From a virus (Duplodnaviria > Caudoviricetes): a stretch of DNA of 54,227 bases. Where the stretch lies: the IMG/VR virus record IMGVR_UViG_3300032249_000551, positions 1 through 54,227 of that record. One strand, written 5' to 3'. The notes beneath the pieces were generated by a model, which saw only the letters and a program-made list of their open reading frames with translations, made no database searches and was not told the DNA's origin. Below are positions 1 to 7,519 of the stretch, piece by piece; positions within the stretch are counted from its first letter, which is position 1; each line of letters begins with the position of its first letter. Made by a program: the position numbers and the translations under genes.

Positions 1-168
1 AGGTGATTTCTTTGCTTGTTCTGATGACACGGGTGGCTTTAAATTGTGCCCTTGCGCTTTAGCAGAAGCTCTACCTTTAGCATTTAATCCGCCTTCAGGG
101 TTCTTACCCTCTTTGCGGGTCCATGCAGGGGTTGATTTTTTAGCAGGAGCTTTTTTCTTTGTAGCCAT
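1..168 (-). CDS. DUF6321-like small basic phage protein, truncated by window edge
   Basis: Manual translation MATKKKAPAKKSTPAWTRKEGKNPEGGLNAKGRASAKAQGHNLKPPVSSEQAKKSP; the AWTRKEGKNPxGGLNAKGR motif resembles the phage DUF6321 family; ATG overlaps the stop of the upstream ORF. Confidence 0.6.
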   Translation of the reverse strand, partial: MATKKKAPAKKSTPAWTRKEGKNPEGGLNAKGRASAKAQGHNLKPPVSSEQAKKSP

Positions 169-1016
169 TACTTCTTCTTAATCCCAATCATGCGACCAGT
201 CTTTGGGTCACGAGTGACTGTTGGTTGTCCTTTAGTAGGAGCAGATTTCTTTGCAGGAGATTTTTTAGCTGGTGCAGATGCAACTGGTGTGGTTGCATTC
301 TTTAAAGAAACCATTTTTCCACCAGGCCCACGAGTGACTGTTGGTTGTGGTCCTTTAGGAGCTGCAGGAGCTGCTGGTGTAGATGCACGGTTACCTGGCA
401 TACCAACAAATGACTTAGTTGGTCTTGGAGCAACGGTTGGTGTTGGGTTAGTTGCAGGACTTGGTGGGGTCTTTAGAGTAAAGCTGGCGCTAACGTTACC
501 GTGCTTAAGTGAAACGTCTGTTCCGCCTTGTCCAGCTGCAGCAATTCGGCTTAATAAATCACCAGCGTGCTTATGTGCAACTTTAGACTCGTTAATAGTG
601 TTTGAAGACGTGTTGTTTGCTTCTGTAACTCTAAGCCCAGACTCTGTACGAAGTTTATCTGTAGATAGGTGATGCTCTACAGCAGCTTTTTCTATCTCGT
701 TATTGTGAGTAAGAACAATCTTTTTAATTTCGTGACGACGACCTGCTGCATCTTCTTTAAGTCTTTGCCCATGCTCCTGCAAAGATAGCGCAGAAGTTTG
801 ACCGTGCTCTTGAGCAGAAAGTCCAGATTGAATGTTTCCTGCGTGTGTGGCGTAATCTTTTGCTAATTCATTTCCATGGTGCGCCGCTTCTAAGTTCATG
901 CCATGTTGAAGCACCATTTGCCCTGTTGTGTTGCTTCGGGAACCCATGTTGCCCAACTTATTAGAAAGGCTATTTACAGTTGGGGTGATGTTTCCATTGT
1001 ATCGGCTCAAGTCCAT
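168..1016 (-). CDS. Hypothetical protein with His-rich helical core and Pro/Ala/Lys-rich disordered C-terminus (possible virion protein)
   Basis: 282-aa ORF; leaderless-type GACTAT-6nt-ATG; internal duplication QPTVTRxPxxGxM. Confidence 0.7.
   Translation of the reverse strand: MDLSRYNGNITPTVNSLSNKLGNMGSRSNTTGQMVLQHGMNLEAAHHGNELAKDYATHAGNIQSGLSAQEHGQTSALSLQEHGQRLKEDAAGRRHEIKKIVLTHNNEIEKAAVEHHLSTDKLRTESGLRVTEANNTSSNTINESKVAHKHAGDLLSRIAAAGQGGTDVSLKHGNVSASFTLKTPPSPATNPTPTVAPRPTKSFVGMPGNRASTPAAPAAPKGPQPTVTRGPGGKMVSLKNATTPVASAPAKKSPAKKSAPTKGQPTVTRDPKTGRMIGIKKK
209..348. repeat. 20-bp direct repeat CACGAGTGACTGTTGGTTGT (209-228, 329-348)
   Basis: Read directly; encodes the duplicated QPTVTR peptide. 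Confidence 0.85.
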
Positions 1017-1030
1017 GTGCTAATAGTCCC

Positions 1031-1390
1031 TTACTTTTCTTCTTCTGTTTGGGTATTCACTAAGCAATTTTCAATATTGATAAGACGTTCGTGCATCTCT
1101 GTAAAAGCTTCCATAATCAAAGCTTGATTCTCGTAAAGACGGTCCACTCGGTCTTTCACAGTTGTAAACCCCCCATTTTGACTTAGTTCACCATCAACGT
1201 TATTAAGCCGTTCCATCACACCTGCAACACGGTCACGACCTGGAGATTCCTCTTCGCCTTCCCAGTCCCGCATAAAGCGTTCCATCCACTCAGCCCAACG
1301 CTTTGCACGTTTGTAAAACGGGTTTAGTAATATCCCAAGGCTAATGAGAGCACCAGCGACAATGCCGATAGTTGTAAAGGTACTAGTCAC
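1031..1390 (-). CDS. Membrane-anchored coiled-coil protein (lysis-cassette-associated type)
   Basis: N-terminal TM helix IGIVAGALISLGILL followed by GVMERL..V...L..NGG..VKD..DRL, typical of actinophage lysis-adjacent proteins. Confidence 0.6.
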   Translation of the reverse strand: MTSTFTTIGIVAGALISLGILLNPFYKRAKRWAEWMERFMRDWEGEEESPGRDRVAGVMERLNNVDGELSQNGGFTTVKDRVDRLYENQALIMEAFTEMHERLINIENCLVNTQTEEEK

Positions 1391-1408
1391 TGGTGCTACT
1401 CCTATAAA

Positions 1409-1606
1409 CTATTCTTCTGAACCTAGTCCGTATGCTTTGTAGGTTGGGTCAACCCACTTAAAAATAGGAGCTGCAAGTGAGCCCAAAAGAACTGCATATT
1501 CAGGCTTGATGTCTGCAACGAGTGCAAGCAAGACTGTGATTGTTGCTACTCCTACTGAGCGTAGGTATGACTGGATTTCAGATTTAGCTTTTGGTGAAAG
1601 TTTCAT
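1409..1606 (-). CDS. Putative holin
   Basis: 65 aa, two hydrophobic helices, SYLRS...KWVDP..YGLG pattern of small actinophage holins. Confidence 0.55.
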   Translation of the reverse strand: MKLSPKAKSEIQSYLRSVGVATITVLLALVADIKPEYAVLLGSLAAPIFKWVDPTYKAYGLGSEE

Positions 1607-1698
1607 TGGATTCCTAACCTGGAAATTAATGTCTTTTTTGCCCTTTGGTTAAGTGTGAATCAAGAATCTAATTTGTGCAGTCTAAGCGTAGATAAAAA

Positions 1699-1914
1699 TT
1701 ACATTGGCTTTCTTAGTTTATTAACGATTTGCTTTGAGCCAACATCTCCAGAAGAGTTTACTGACTCTCCTTGAACACCTCGTCCTCTACTTGCCCACGT
1801 AAATATTGATGCACGTGTTTCAGACTTTACAGTTGGTTTAGAAACTTGAAATCTTTGTTCAACACCTTTTCGGTTGTTAATTGTAAGAGGGCGTCGGTTT
1901 AGTTGCGGCTCCAT
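1699..1914 (-). CDS. Hypothetical basic protein
   Basis: 71-aa ORF translationally coupled (TAATG) to the upstream gene. Confidence 0.6.
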   Translation of the reverse strand: MEPQLNRRPLTINNRKGVEQRFQVSKPTVKSETRASIFTWASRGRGVQGESVNSSGDVGSKQIVNKLRKPM

Positions 1915-2234
1915 TAGTACCCGCCACCACCGCTGTCTGCACCTGCTCCGCCAACATCGCCGTAACTTCCAGCAGATGTTCCGCCCATTCCACTGTAGTC
2001 ACTTGCTGAAGCTCCTGAAGACGGCTCTAAGTTACCTGGAGTATTAGTTCCTGAAGAAGTTGTTTGTAAAACATTTCCAGCAATAAGTGCACCAGTCATG
2101 TATGGGTAAGAACCCCACCAGTATCCATTACCAACAAATCCTTGTTCTCTAGGGCGAGAAAAGCGTTGACGCTGTTGGTCTTCTGCAGTTTCAATAGCTC
2201 CGTCAAACTGACGACCTATGTTTCTATTCTTCAT
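1914..2234 (-). CDS. Hypothetical Gly/Ser-rich protein
   Basis: 106-aa ORF, coupled to neighbours. Confidence 0.6.
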   Translation of the reverse strand: MKNRNIGRQFDGAIETAEDQQRQRFSRPREQGFVGNGYWWGSYPYMTGALIAGNVLQTTSSGTNTPGNLEPSSGASASDYSGMGGTSAGSYGDVGGAGADSGGGGY

Positions 2235-2362
2235 GATGTTTTATCCAAATTCTCTTTGTTGTATGCACCCACGTCTTGCTTTACTGCTCCGTACATTCCT
2301 AGGCCATAAAACTGTTGACCAGAAATTGGTTGCCATAACTTGTAGTAATCAACCATTGTCAT
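2231..2362 (-). CDS. Small hypothetical protein (43 aa)
   Basis: Manual translation MTMVDYYKLWQPISGQQFYGLGMYG...; fills the gap, ATGA overlap with next gene. Confidence 0.5.
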   Translation of the reverse strand: MTMVDYYKLWQPISGQQFYGLGMYGAVKQDVGAYNKENLDKTS

Positions 2363-2366
2363 TGGG

Positions 2367-2564
2367 TTATCGGTCTGCATAGATAAACAATCCTTCTGGG
2401 TCATGAACTTGAACGGATTGTTGAACTAATGTGTAGCCAGTTTCTTTTGCATGATGACCGCAGAAATAAAGTTCTCCAGTTAACAATGTTGCACGAACCA
2501 TTGCTCGTGCAGCACACCTGTCGCAGCGGTCTAATGCCGTTAACTCTCGTTGTGCGTGTAACAT
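2367..2564 (-). CDS. Small actinobacterial-type Zn-finger protein (DRCDRC...LYFCGHH)
   Basis: LTALDRCDRCAARA...GELYFCGHH matches a conserved small actinobacterial family; leaderless promoter TAAACT-6nt-ATG. Confidence 0.7.
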   Translation of the reverse strand: MLHAQRELTALDRCDRCAARAMVRATLLTGELYFCGHHAKETGYTLVQQSVQVHDPEGLFIYADR

Positions 2565-2612
2565 GTCTTTAGTTTACCCCTTTCTCAGAATAAGTACGGG
2601 CATAATACGGAG

Positions 2613-2729
2613 ATGGAGTCTAAAGAGTTCCTTGAACGGTATACTTGCGCTCTATGCAATAAACGATACGTAGTACCTGATTTAGCACGTATGTGCGAGA
2701 AAAAACACTTGGAGAACTCTGATGCCTAA
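2613..2729 (+). CDS. Small Zn-finger protein (38 aa)
   Basis: Manual translation MESKEFLERYTCALCNKRYVVPDLARMCEKKHLENSDA; CATAAT-6nt-ATG. Confidence 0.55.
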   Translation: MESKEFLERYTCALCNKRYVVPDLARMCEKKHLENSDA

Positions 2730-2898
2730 ATATGAATATTCCTGCATACAATGCGATGTAGATTACGAAAAAGAACGCAGCATCCATGATGCAGAACCTA
2801 GGTATGTCTGCGACAAGTGTGGCTACGCTCTTCAACGGGTTTATAACTCTTTTGGCCTTCAATTCAAAGGCTCAGGGTTTTACAAGACTAGTAACTAA
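2722..2898 (+). CDS. FmdB-family (CxxC_CxxC) zinc-ribbon protein
   Basis: Manual translation MPKYEYSCIQC...CDKCG..LQRVY....QFKGSGFYKTSN, the canonical FmdB signature; GGAG RBS; too short for the ORF track. Confidence 0.85.
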   Translation: MPKYEYSCIQCDVDYEKERSIHDAEPRYVCDKCGYALQRVYNSFGLQFKGSGFYKTSN

Positions 2899-3197
2899 TC
2901 TTCTTTAGAGTATTCCTCAATAAGCTGTAAACAAATAGATTGCTCTGACATTAAGTAATTTTCAATTTCAGAACGACGAAGAGCTATTTGTTCTTCAGTT
3001 TGGGTAACAATCTCTTCTGAGAGCTCATCAAGGTGTTCCTTATACTGCTCAACCATGTAACCCAATACGGACTGCATAGTGGCTGCTTGTAGTTGTGCTT
3101 TTTCCCATCTATCTTCAATGGCTTTGCGTTTTTTTCCACGTAAGAAGTCTTTTTGCTCTGCTTGATTGATTGCGGCTTTATCTTGACGTTTGCTCAT
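2895..3197 (-). CDS. Hypothetical coiled-coil protein
   Basis: 100-aa ORF with AAGGT RBS-like element. Confidence 0.65.
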   Translation of the reverse strand: MSKRQDKAAINQAEQKDFLRGKKRKAIEDRWEKAQLQAATMQSVLGYMVEQYKEHLDELSEEIVTQTEEQIALRRSEIENYLMSEQSICLQLIEEYSKED

Positions 3198-3214
3198 GAC
3201 CTTACCTTATCAGA

Positions 3215-3769
3215 CTATTTGTATTGCTCAACAACCTGAATAGGACCAGAAGTATTTACATCTAGCTTTGCAGCAATCTCAATTGCTTTTTCGGGCTTTG
3301 CTCCTGCATGTAAAGCGCCTATTGCATAGTCAGAACCAGAGCCTACTCCGTAGATTCCATTTCCTGACCGAATTACAGATAAGTCATCACCGATGTCAAA
3401 CAACTCTCCACCAACAGCCATAATAAAGCTAAACCGATTGTCTTCCGCTTTTCCATCGCTTTTGCCTTCGTTAAAATCATAACCATTATCAGTTAAACAT
3501 TTTCTAAGAGAAGGCATTGCTTTGGTAATCATGAAATGATAAATGTCTTCAGAATCTTTTAAAGTTAGTTTTGGAGGTACCCAGAAATGCTGTACAACAT
3601 CACACGGTTGAACTTCACCACTTCCTGCGACTAAAAAAGCCCCACGTTGTGTAATTTTTTTCATGTCTGGATGGTTGTAACGACGCCCACCATCACCAGT
3701 TACCTGATTATCTGCGGCAATAACACACTTGTCTTTATATTGAACAGCAACGATGGTTGTCATACTCAC
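3215..3769 (-). CDS. HslV/proteasome beta-subunit-like Ntn-hydrolase peptidase
   Basis: MTTIVAV (N-terminal Thr nucleophile), AADNQVT, KK motif, GVGSGS..A.GAL, D..TSG motifs. Confidence 0.85.
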   Translation of the reverse strand: MSMTTIVAVQYKDKCVIAADNQVTGDGGRRYNHPDMKKITQRGAFLVAGSGEVQPCDVVQHFWVPPKLTLKDSEDIYHFMITKAMPSLRKCLTDNGYDFNEGKSDGKAEDNRFSFIMAVGGELFDIGDDLSVIRSGNGIYGVGSGSDYAIGALHAGAKPEKAIEIAAKLDVNTSGPIQVVEQYK

Positions 3770-3888
3770 CCCCAGGTAGAAGAACCCCCCTAGGTTACCA
3801 TCTAAAACAGCCTTTTGGGGAATGTCCGTTTTGGGTAATATAACCTAGACGGGGTTTAAAAGCCCCCTAGCGGTCCTTACGCTGCGGT

Positions 3889-4398
3889 TTAGGCGTCTAG
3901 GTACTTAGGACGTCCAAAACCCTCAATAAAGACTGAGAGGCCCTTAGAGTTCTTTTTATAGGCACGAATCTTCTTAGCGCATTCGCCGCCGTTGCGTTCG
4001 CTTGCTTTCTTCTTCTTTTCTCCAGAAGTGTTTCCTTCAACCGTAGTTACCGTTCCGTCACCGTTGTCTTTAACTACAATGCCTACGTGCTCAATAGGAG
4101 CTCCGCCTTCTGTAAAGTCAAAGTAAACAATGTCACCTGGTTTTGGGGTAGCTTTTGATGCTTCTGTCCAAGTCCCTAGTTTTTTAAATGCTGCTGCACC
4201 TGCAACTGTGGATACTGTGTTAGGAATCTTGACGCCAGCTTGATGGGCACACCACATCAGAAAACTACCGCACCAAGGTTGGAAATTTGCTTTAGTAAAA
4301 GCTCCATACTTAGTTTGGTTATCTTTTGGTCCTTCTACATACCCGACTTCTTTAAGGGCAACGTCAACGATTGCTTTAGCTGTTCCTAACTCTGTCAT
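3889..4398 (-). CDS. CHAP-domain peptidoglycan hydrolase (endolysin-like)
   Basis: PWCGSF (catalytic Cys), PKPGDIVYF, HVGIV (His), VEGN. Confidence 0.9.
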   Translation of the reverse strand: MTELGTAKAIVDVALKEVGYVEGPKDNQTKYGAFTKANFQPWCGSFLMWCAHQAGVKIPNTVSTVAGAAAFKKLGTWTEASKATPKPGDIVYFDFTEGGAPIEHVGIVVKDNGDGTVTTVEGNTSGEKKKKASERNGGECAKKIRAYKKNSKGLSVFIEGFGRPKYLDA

Positions 4399-4580
4399 TA
4401 TTTTGCCTTTTTTTCTGGTCGTTTTACAGTTCTAACTACAGGAGGTTGGGCATCTTCTTTCATTTGCTTTTCTTTTTTAAATGCCCGTACTTCTCTTGCT
4501 TTTTTATTCCGTACATCTTGTTTAATCTCTGGGCTCTGAATCCGTAGCTTCTTTACGCCCATCTTAGTTGACTTAGCCAT
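4398..4580 (-). CDS. Small basic hypothetical protein
   Basis: 60-aa Lys/Arg-rich ORF, TAATG-coupled on both sides. Confidence 0.55.
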   Translation of the reverse strand: MAKSTKMGVKKLRIQSPEIKQDVRNKKAREVRAFKKEKQMKEDAQPPVVRTVKRPEKKAK

Positions 4581-4846
4581 TACTTCTTCTTTCGGTTCTT
4601 ATTGCCTTTACCAATGTTTTTGGAGGCATCCATTACCTGTAAATTCTTCTTGCCATCATTGTGCTTGTTATTATCCTTGTGGTCAACGTGCTTGTTTTTA
4701 GGAAGCTTCTTGCCTAATTCTTTCTCTTTTTCATAGCGAGCTGCGTTAGTAGACTTAAACTTCTTAGTAACTGTGTTGTAGATAGTCATCTTTTTGCGAC
4801 CACCCTTGGACTTGTCTTCGTAAGGTCCATAAACTTTAACGGTCAT
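4580..4846 (-). CDS. HNH endonuclease-domain protein
   Basis: HVDHKDNNKHND..KNLQVM...N. Confidence 0.75.
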   Translation of the reverse strand: MTVKVYGPYEDKSKGGRKKMTIYNTVTKKFKSTNAARYEKEKELGKKLPKNKHVDHKDNNKHNDGKKNLQVMDASKNIGKGNKNRKKK

Positions 4847-4935
4847 TCGCTAACCTTCCATTCACAGATGCACTTGCAGGTGTCTACATCGCAGACACCG
4901 CTGCTCATATCGTGCTCACACTTTACGCATTTCAT
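4843..4935 (-). CDS. Tiny Cys-rich protein (30 aa)
   Basis: MKCVKCEHDMSSGVCDVDTCKCICEWKVSE; TACACT-6nt-ATG; ATGA overlap with next gene. Confidence 0.45.
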   Translation of the reverse strand: MKCVKCEHDMSSGVCDVDTCKCICEWKVSE

Positions 4936-4958
4936 GGTCATAGTGTATGGTGTCTGCT

Positions 4959-5333
4959 ATGCCATTTAAGGATAAAGTCAAGCAAAGAGAGTCGGCACGT
5001 AAACATTACGCCCGTAACTCAGAGGCAATACAGAAAAGAACGGCACAGAACAATCGCCTCATAAGACGACGTAATAAGTCTTACATTGATGGGGTTAAGG
5101 GCACGAATCCTTGTGCGGATTGCGGCGTCTCGTACCCACCTTACGTGATGCAATTTGACCACATAGTTGATGGCAAACGAGGCAACGTGGCTGATATGGC
5201 ACGCTCTGGGTTCTCCATTGAGAACCTTCAGGCTGAGATAGACAAGTGCGAGCTCGTGTGCGCTAATTGCCATGCTGAAAGAACGCACGGATACAAAGAC
5301 GAATTAGAAGAAGACTTTCCTAACGAAGCTTGA
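4959..5333 (+). CDS. HNH endonuclease
   Basis: CADCG....MQFDH...EIDKCELVCANCHAERT; start moved to MPFKDK (TATGGT -10 upstream). Confidence 0.85.
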   Translation: MPFKDKVKQRESARKHYARNSEAIQKRTAQNNRLIRRRNKSYIDGVKGTNPCADCGVSYPPYVMQFDHIVDGKRGNVADMARSGFSIENLQAEIDKCELVCANCHAERTHGYKDELEEDFPNEA

Positions 5334-5353
5334 ACGCCCAGGACGCTTTTTTC

Positions 5354-5845
5354 TCAGCGACCGCTTTTTAACTCATCAACTAAGGAAGCCCAAGTAGTCA
5401 GGTGCTTCTTATCAATCTTATAGAAGGTCTCGGTAATCTTGCGATAGGGGTCTTGCGTCGTGTGCTTAAACCAATGTTCCTTAGTGTTGGAGTGAACAAC
5501 CAACATATTGCCTGACTTCTGACTCACCATCACATAAGCGTAGGGCTTGACCTCTTTAGCTTCATAACCAGAGACTGTATCTACATAGAGATTAGATTGC
5601 CAGAATACAGATGGGTCCTCTGAGAAACCTAGGTTACGCGACTTCACCTCTAGAACTAAACCGTTATCTAGGATGATGTCTTTCTCTTCTTTTGTTAGGC
5701 GCCTGATATCAGCGTCCGAAGTGACAAGTTCTAACTCAGGGACGGTACAACCAATACCTTCTGCACGAAGACGTTGCGCAACTAACTCATTGAAGGTGTG
5801 ACCTTCTGTCATAGCTGCGTGGTAATCAAACTCTACGACGCCCAT
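5354..5845 (-). CDS. PD-(D/E)XK-superfamily nuclease
   Basis: G..FNELVA..L, KDIIL...LEVKSR motif. Confidence 0.6.
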   Translation of the reverse strand: MGVVEFDYHAAMTEGHTFNELVAQRLRAEGIGCTVPELELVTSDADIRRLTKEEKDIILDNGLVLEVKSRNLGFSEDPSVFWQSNLYVDTVSGYEAKEVKPYAYVMVSQKSGNMLVVHSNTKEHWFKHTTQDPYRKITETFYKIDKKHLTTWASLVDELKSGR

Positions 5846-6048
5846 AGTTGCTCCTCTAGTTGTAACTCTGCTTCAACAGTAGCAGGGTCTGGCTTTGGTT
5901 TCTTCACCTTCAGGGTTTGTTCGTGATACGTAGGGTCATAACTTATAGCACCTGTTGCACCCGTTAGACCTTTGTTCCAATTATCTTGTCGGTGATTACG
6001 GAATTGTTCTCTTTGTTTTTCATACTCTTTACGATATTTGTCATCCAT
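5833..6048 (-). CDS. Hypothetical protein
   Basis: 71-aa ORF with AAGGA RBS. Confidence 0.6.
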   Translation of the reverse strand: MDDKYRKEYEKQREQFRNHRQDNWNKGLTGATGAISYDPTYHEQTLKVKKPKPDPATVEAELQLEEQLWAS

Positions 6049-6050
6049 CG

Positions 6051-6152
6051 TTATTCCTTTGAGTTGTGATTTTTAAAATGTTCTGCGGCTTGGTCTTCAC
6101 GATAAGGTGCATTACATAGTACGCAGTTCTTTAGTATCTTAACTACTTGCAT
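6051..6152 (-). CDS. Tiny C2H2-like Zn-finger protein (33 aa)
   Basis: MQVVKILKNCVLCNAPYREDQAAEHFKNHNSKE; GGAG RBS. Confidence 0.45.
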   Translation of the reverse strand: MQVVKILKNCVLCNAPYREDQAAEHFKNHNSKE

Positions 6153-6154
6153 CT

Positions 6155-6439
6155 TTACTCTCCTTCAAAAATACTGTGTCTTCTCTTCCATAGATATAAC
6201 CTACCTAGGACCTTACCTCGTATGGCGAACTCAAGAAGCAACCGTGTTGTGTGGGTTTCACGGTCTAGCTGGTACATGCGAAATATACCTGTGCGCTTCA
6301 GGTGCCTTATTAAATACTTTTCAAGCTCTGAGCTTATCTCTTCTGTATTGCACTTGGGACATTGCTCTGTTGGATTGGCAACGCCGTACTCAACGTTGAA
6401 TGTCCCACCACAATCAAAGCAAAGGACTTTAGGACTCAT
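6155..6439 (-). CDS. Zn-ribbon protein
   Basis: CFDC...CPKC; AAAGGA RBS. Confidence 0.5.
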   Translation of the reverse strand: MSPKVLCFDCGGTFNVEYGVANPTEQCPKCNTEEISSELEKYLIRHLKRTGIFRMYQLDRETHTTRLLLEFAIRGKVLGRLYLWKRRHSIFEGE

Positions 6440-6479
6440 CGGGTATTCCTTTTCTCGGTAACAGCTACCCTGGAGCCTA

Positions 6480-6758
6480 CTACATACTTCTACGTATTTG
6501 GTCCATCTTGTATTGAGTCCCTGGGTCCTTCTGAATCTTGCCCCAGTTCTTTCTCATCATCTTTACCTGCTTCTTATCTGCTGCAGGCCAGTTGAACGAT
6601 TCGCCATTTTCAGGGGTGACTATAGAGATGCGTCCTGGTTCATCTGGGATTGTCTTACCGTTACGGGTAGCCATGCCAGATGGTGTCTTCACAATGCGAA
6701 ATGACTTCCCATGTTCTTTTCCGAATTGGATGTAGGAAAGTTTATCGGAAGCACTCAT
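6480..6758 (-). CDS. Hypothetical protein
   Basis: Start reassigned to MSASDKLSYIQF (ATGA overlap with upstream stop). Confidence 0.6.
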   Translation of the reverse strand: MSASDKLSYIQFGKEHGKSFRIVKTPSGMATRNGKTIPDEPGRISIVTPENGESFNWPAADKKQVKMMRKNWGKIQKDPGTQYKMDQIRRSM

Positions 6759-6961
6759 GCTTGCACCGTATGTCCGAAGTCTTCTGAGCATTGCCAGTAT
6801 GACTCTTTAGCCCCAACCGACTTCTTGTTCAAGTTGTACCCAGCGCCTTTGCGAGCAGTAACGCTAGTAACCTTCTTAGGAGTAAACTCTATCTTCTCCA
6901 TAGAGGAACCACATTGAGGACAAGCCTTCTGGTCTTTTCTAAACTCCTCGTTGCGACTCAT
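6755..6961 (-). CDS. Zn-ribbon protein
   Basis: CPQC...WQC....H. Confidence 0.6.
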   Translation of the reverse strand: MSRNEEFRKDQKACPQCGSSMEKIEFTPKKVTSVTARKGAGYNLNKKSVGAKESYWQCSEDFGHTVQA

Positions 6962-7350
6962 TGGCGGCTAAAGTCAATCATGCCACGCATCTGTGACTCT
7001 CGTGAACGAGCAACCCTCTCAGGCATTTCACCACCGACCTTCTTAGCCCAGCTTTCACCTGCCTCTGTCATCAAGTCAGAGTGCTTAGGTGAGATACCTG
7101 CATTTGCTGAGTTGCTTTTAGCGGTGTTCCACAACTTGGTTGCAAGACCCTTGTTACGGTGCTTTGGGTGTGTCTCAAGACCCATCACTTCGCCTTGGTG
7201 GTCTAAGGTCATGTTGGACATCAACTGACCGCTTTTAGAGTCAGACAAAACATAGAAGTGTGGGTGAGCTGGGGTGAACCAGGGGTAGTACTGAATCTTG
7301 TGAGTACCGTCGTCCCAAGACTTAGACTGTGGGCTACTTTGCTCGCTCAA
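6958..7350 (-). CDS. GNAT-family N-acetyltransferase
   Basis: LETHPKHRNKGLATKLW acetyl-CoA-binding motif A; T..G..W C-terminal motif. Confidence 0.75.
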   Translation of the reverse strand: MSEQSSPQSKSWDDGTHKIQYYPWFTPAHPHFYVLSDSKSGQLMSNMTLDHQGEVMGLETHPKHRNKGLATKLWNTAKSNSANAGISPKHSDLMTEAGESWAKKVGGEMPERVARSRESQMRGMIDFSRQ

Positions 7351-7471
7351 CTGGCACCTTCTTTACCTTCTTACGGTTGTACACCTTCTTTGAGGGTACG
7401 GCGCCTGCAGCGTTAGAGCGACGAAGCTCTTGAATACGCTGGACCTTGGATAAGTTGTCTGAAGCAGCCAT
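7334..7471 (-). CDS. Small basic protein (45 aa)
   Basis: MAASDNLSKVQRIQELRRSNAAGAVPSKKVYNRKK...; leaderless TACTAT-6nt-ATG. Confidence 0.6.
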   Translation of the reverse strand: MAASDNLSKVQRIQELRRSNAAGAVPSKKVYNRKKVKKVPVERAK

Positions 7472-7496
7472 GTGCTAATAGTAAGGCTACTGCCTT
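7472..7496 (-). promoter_or_regulatory. Leaderless promoter: AAGGCAGTAGCC box + TACTAT -10
   Basis: Box 14 nt upstream of ATG, same geometry as at 7940-7964. Confidence 0.6.
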
Positions 7497-7519
7497 GTCG
7501 TTACTGGATAAAAAAAATA

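Noticed and set aside
1-168. Possible frameshift in the DUF6321-like ORF
   Set aside because: Re-reading shows a continuous 56-codon frame to the window edge
190-672. Antisense and alternative-frame ORFs in the track (e.g. 190-672, 2620-2862, 10377-10775, 37003-37380, 48882-49262)
   Set aside because: They shadow better-supported genes and lack RBS or domain motifs; 2620-2862 is antisense to the FmdB gene
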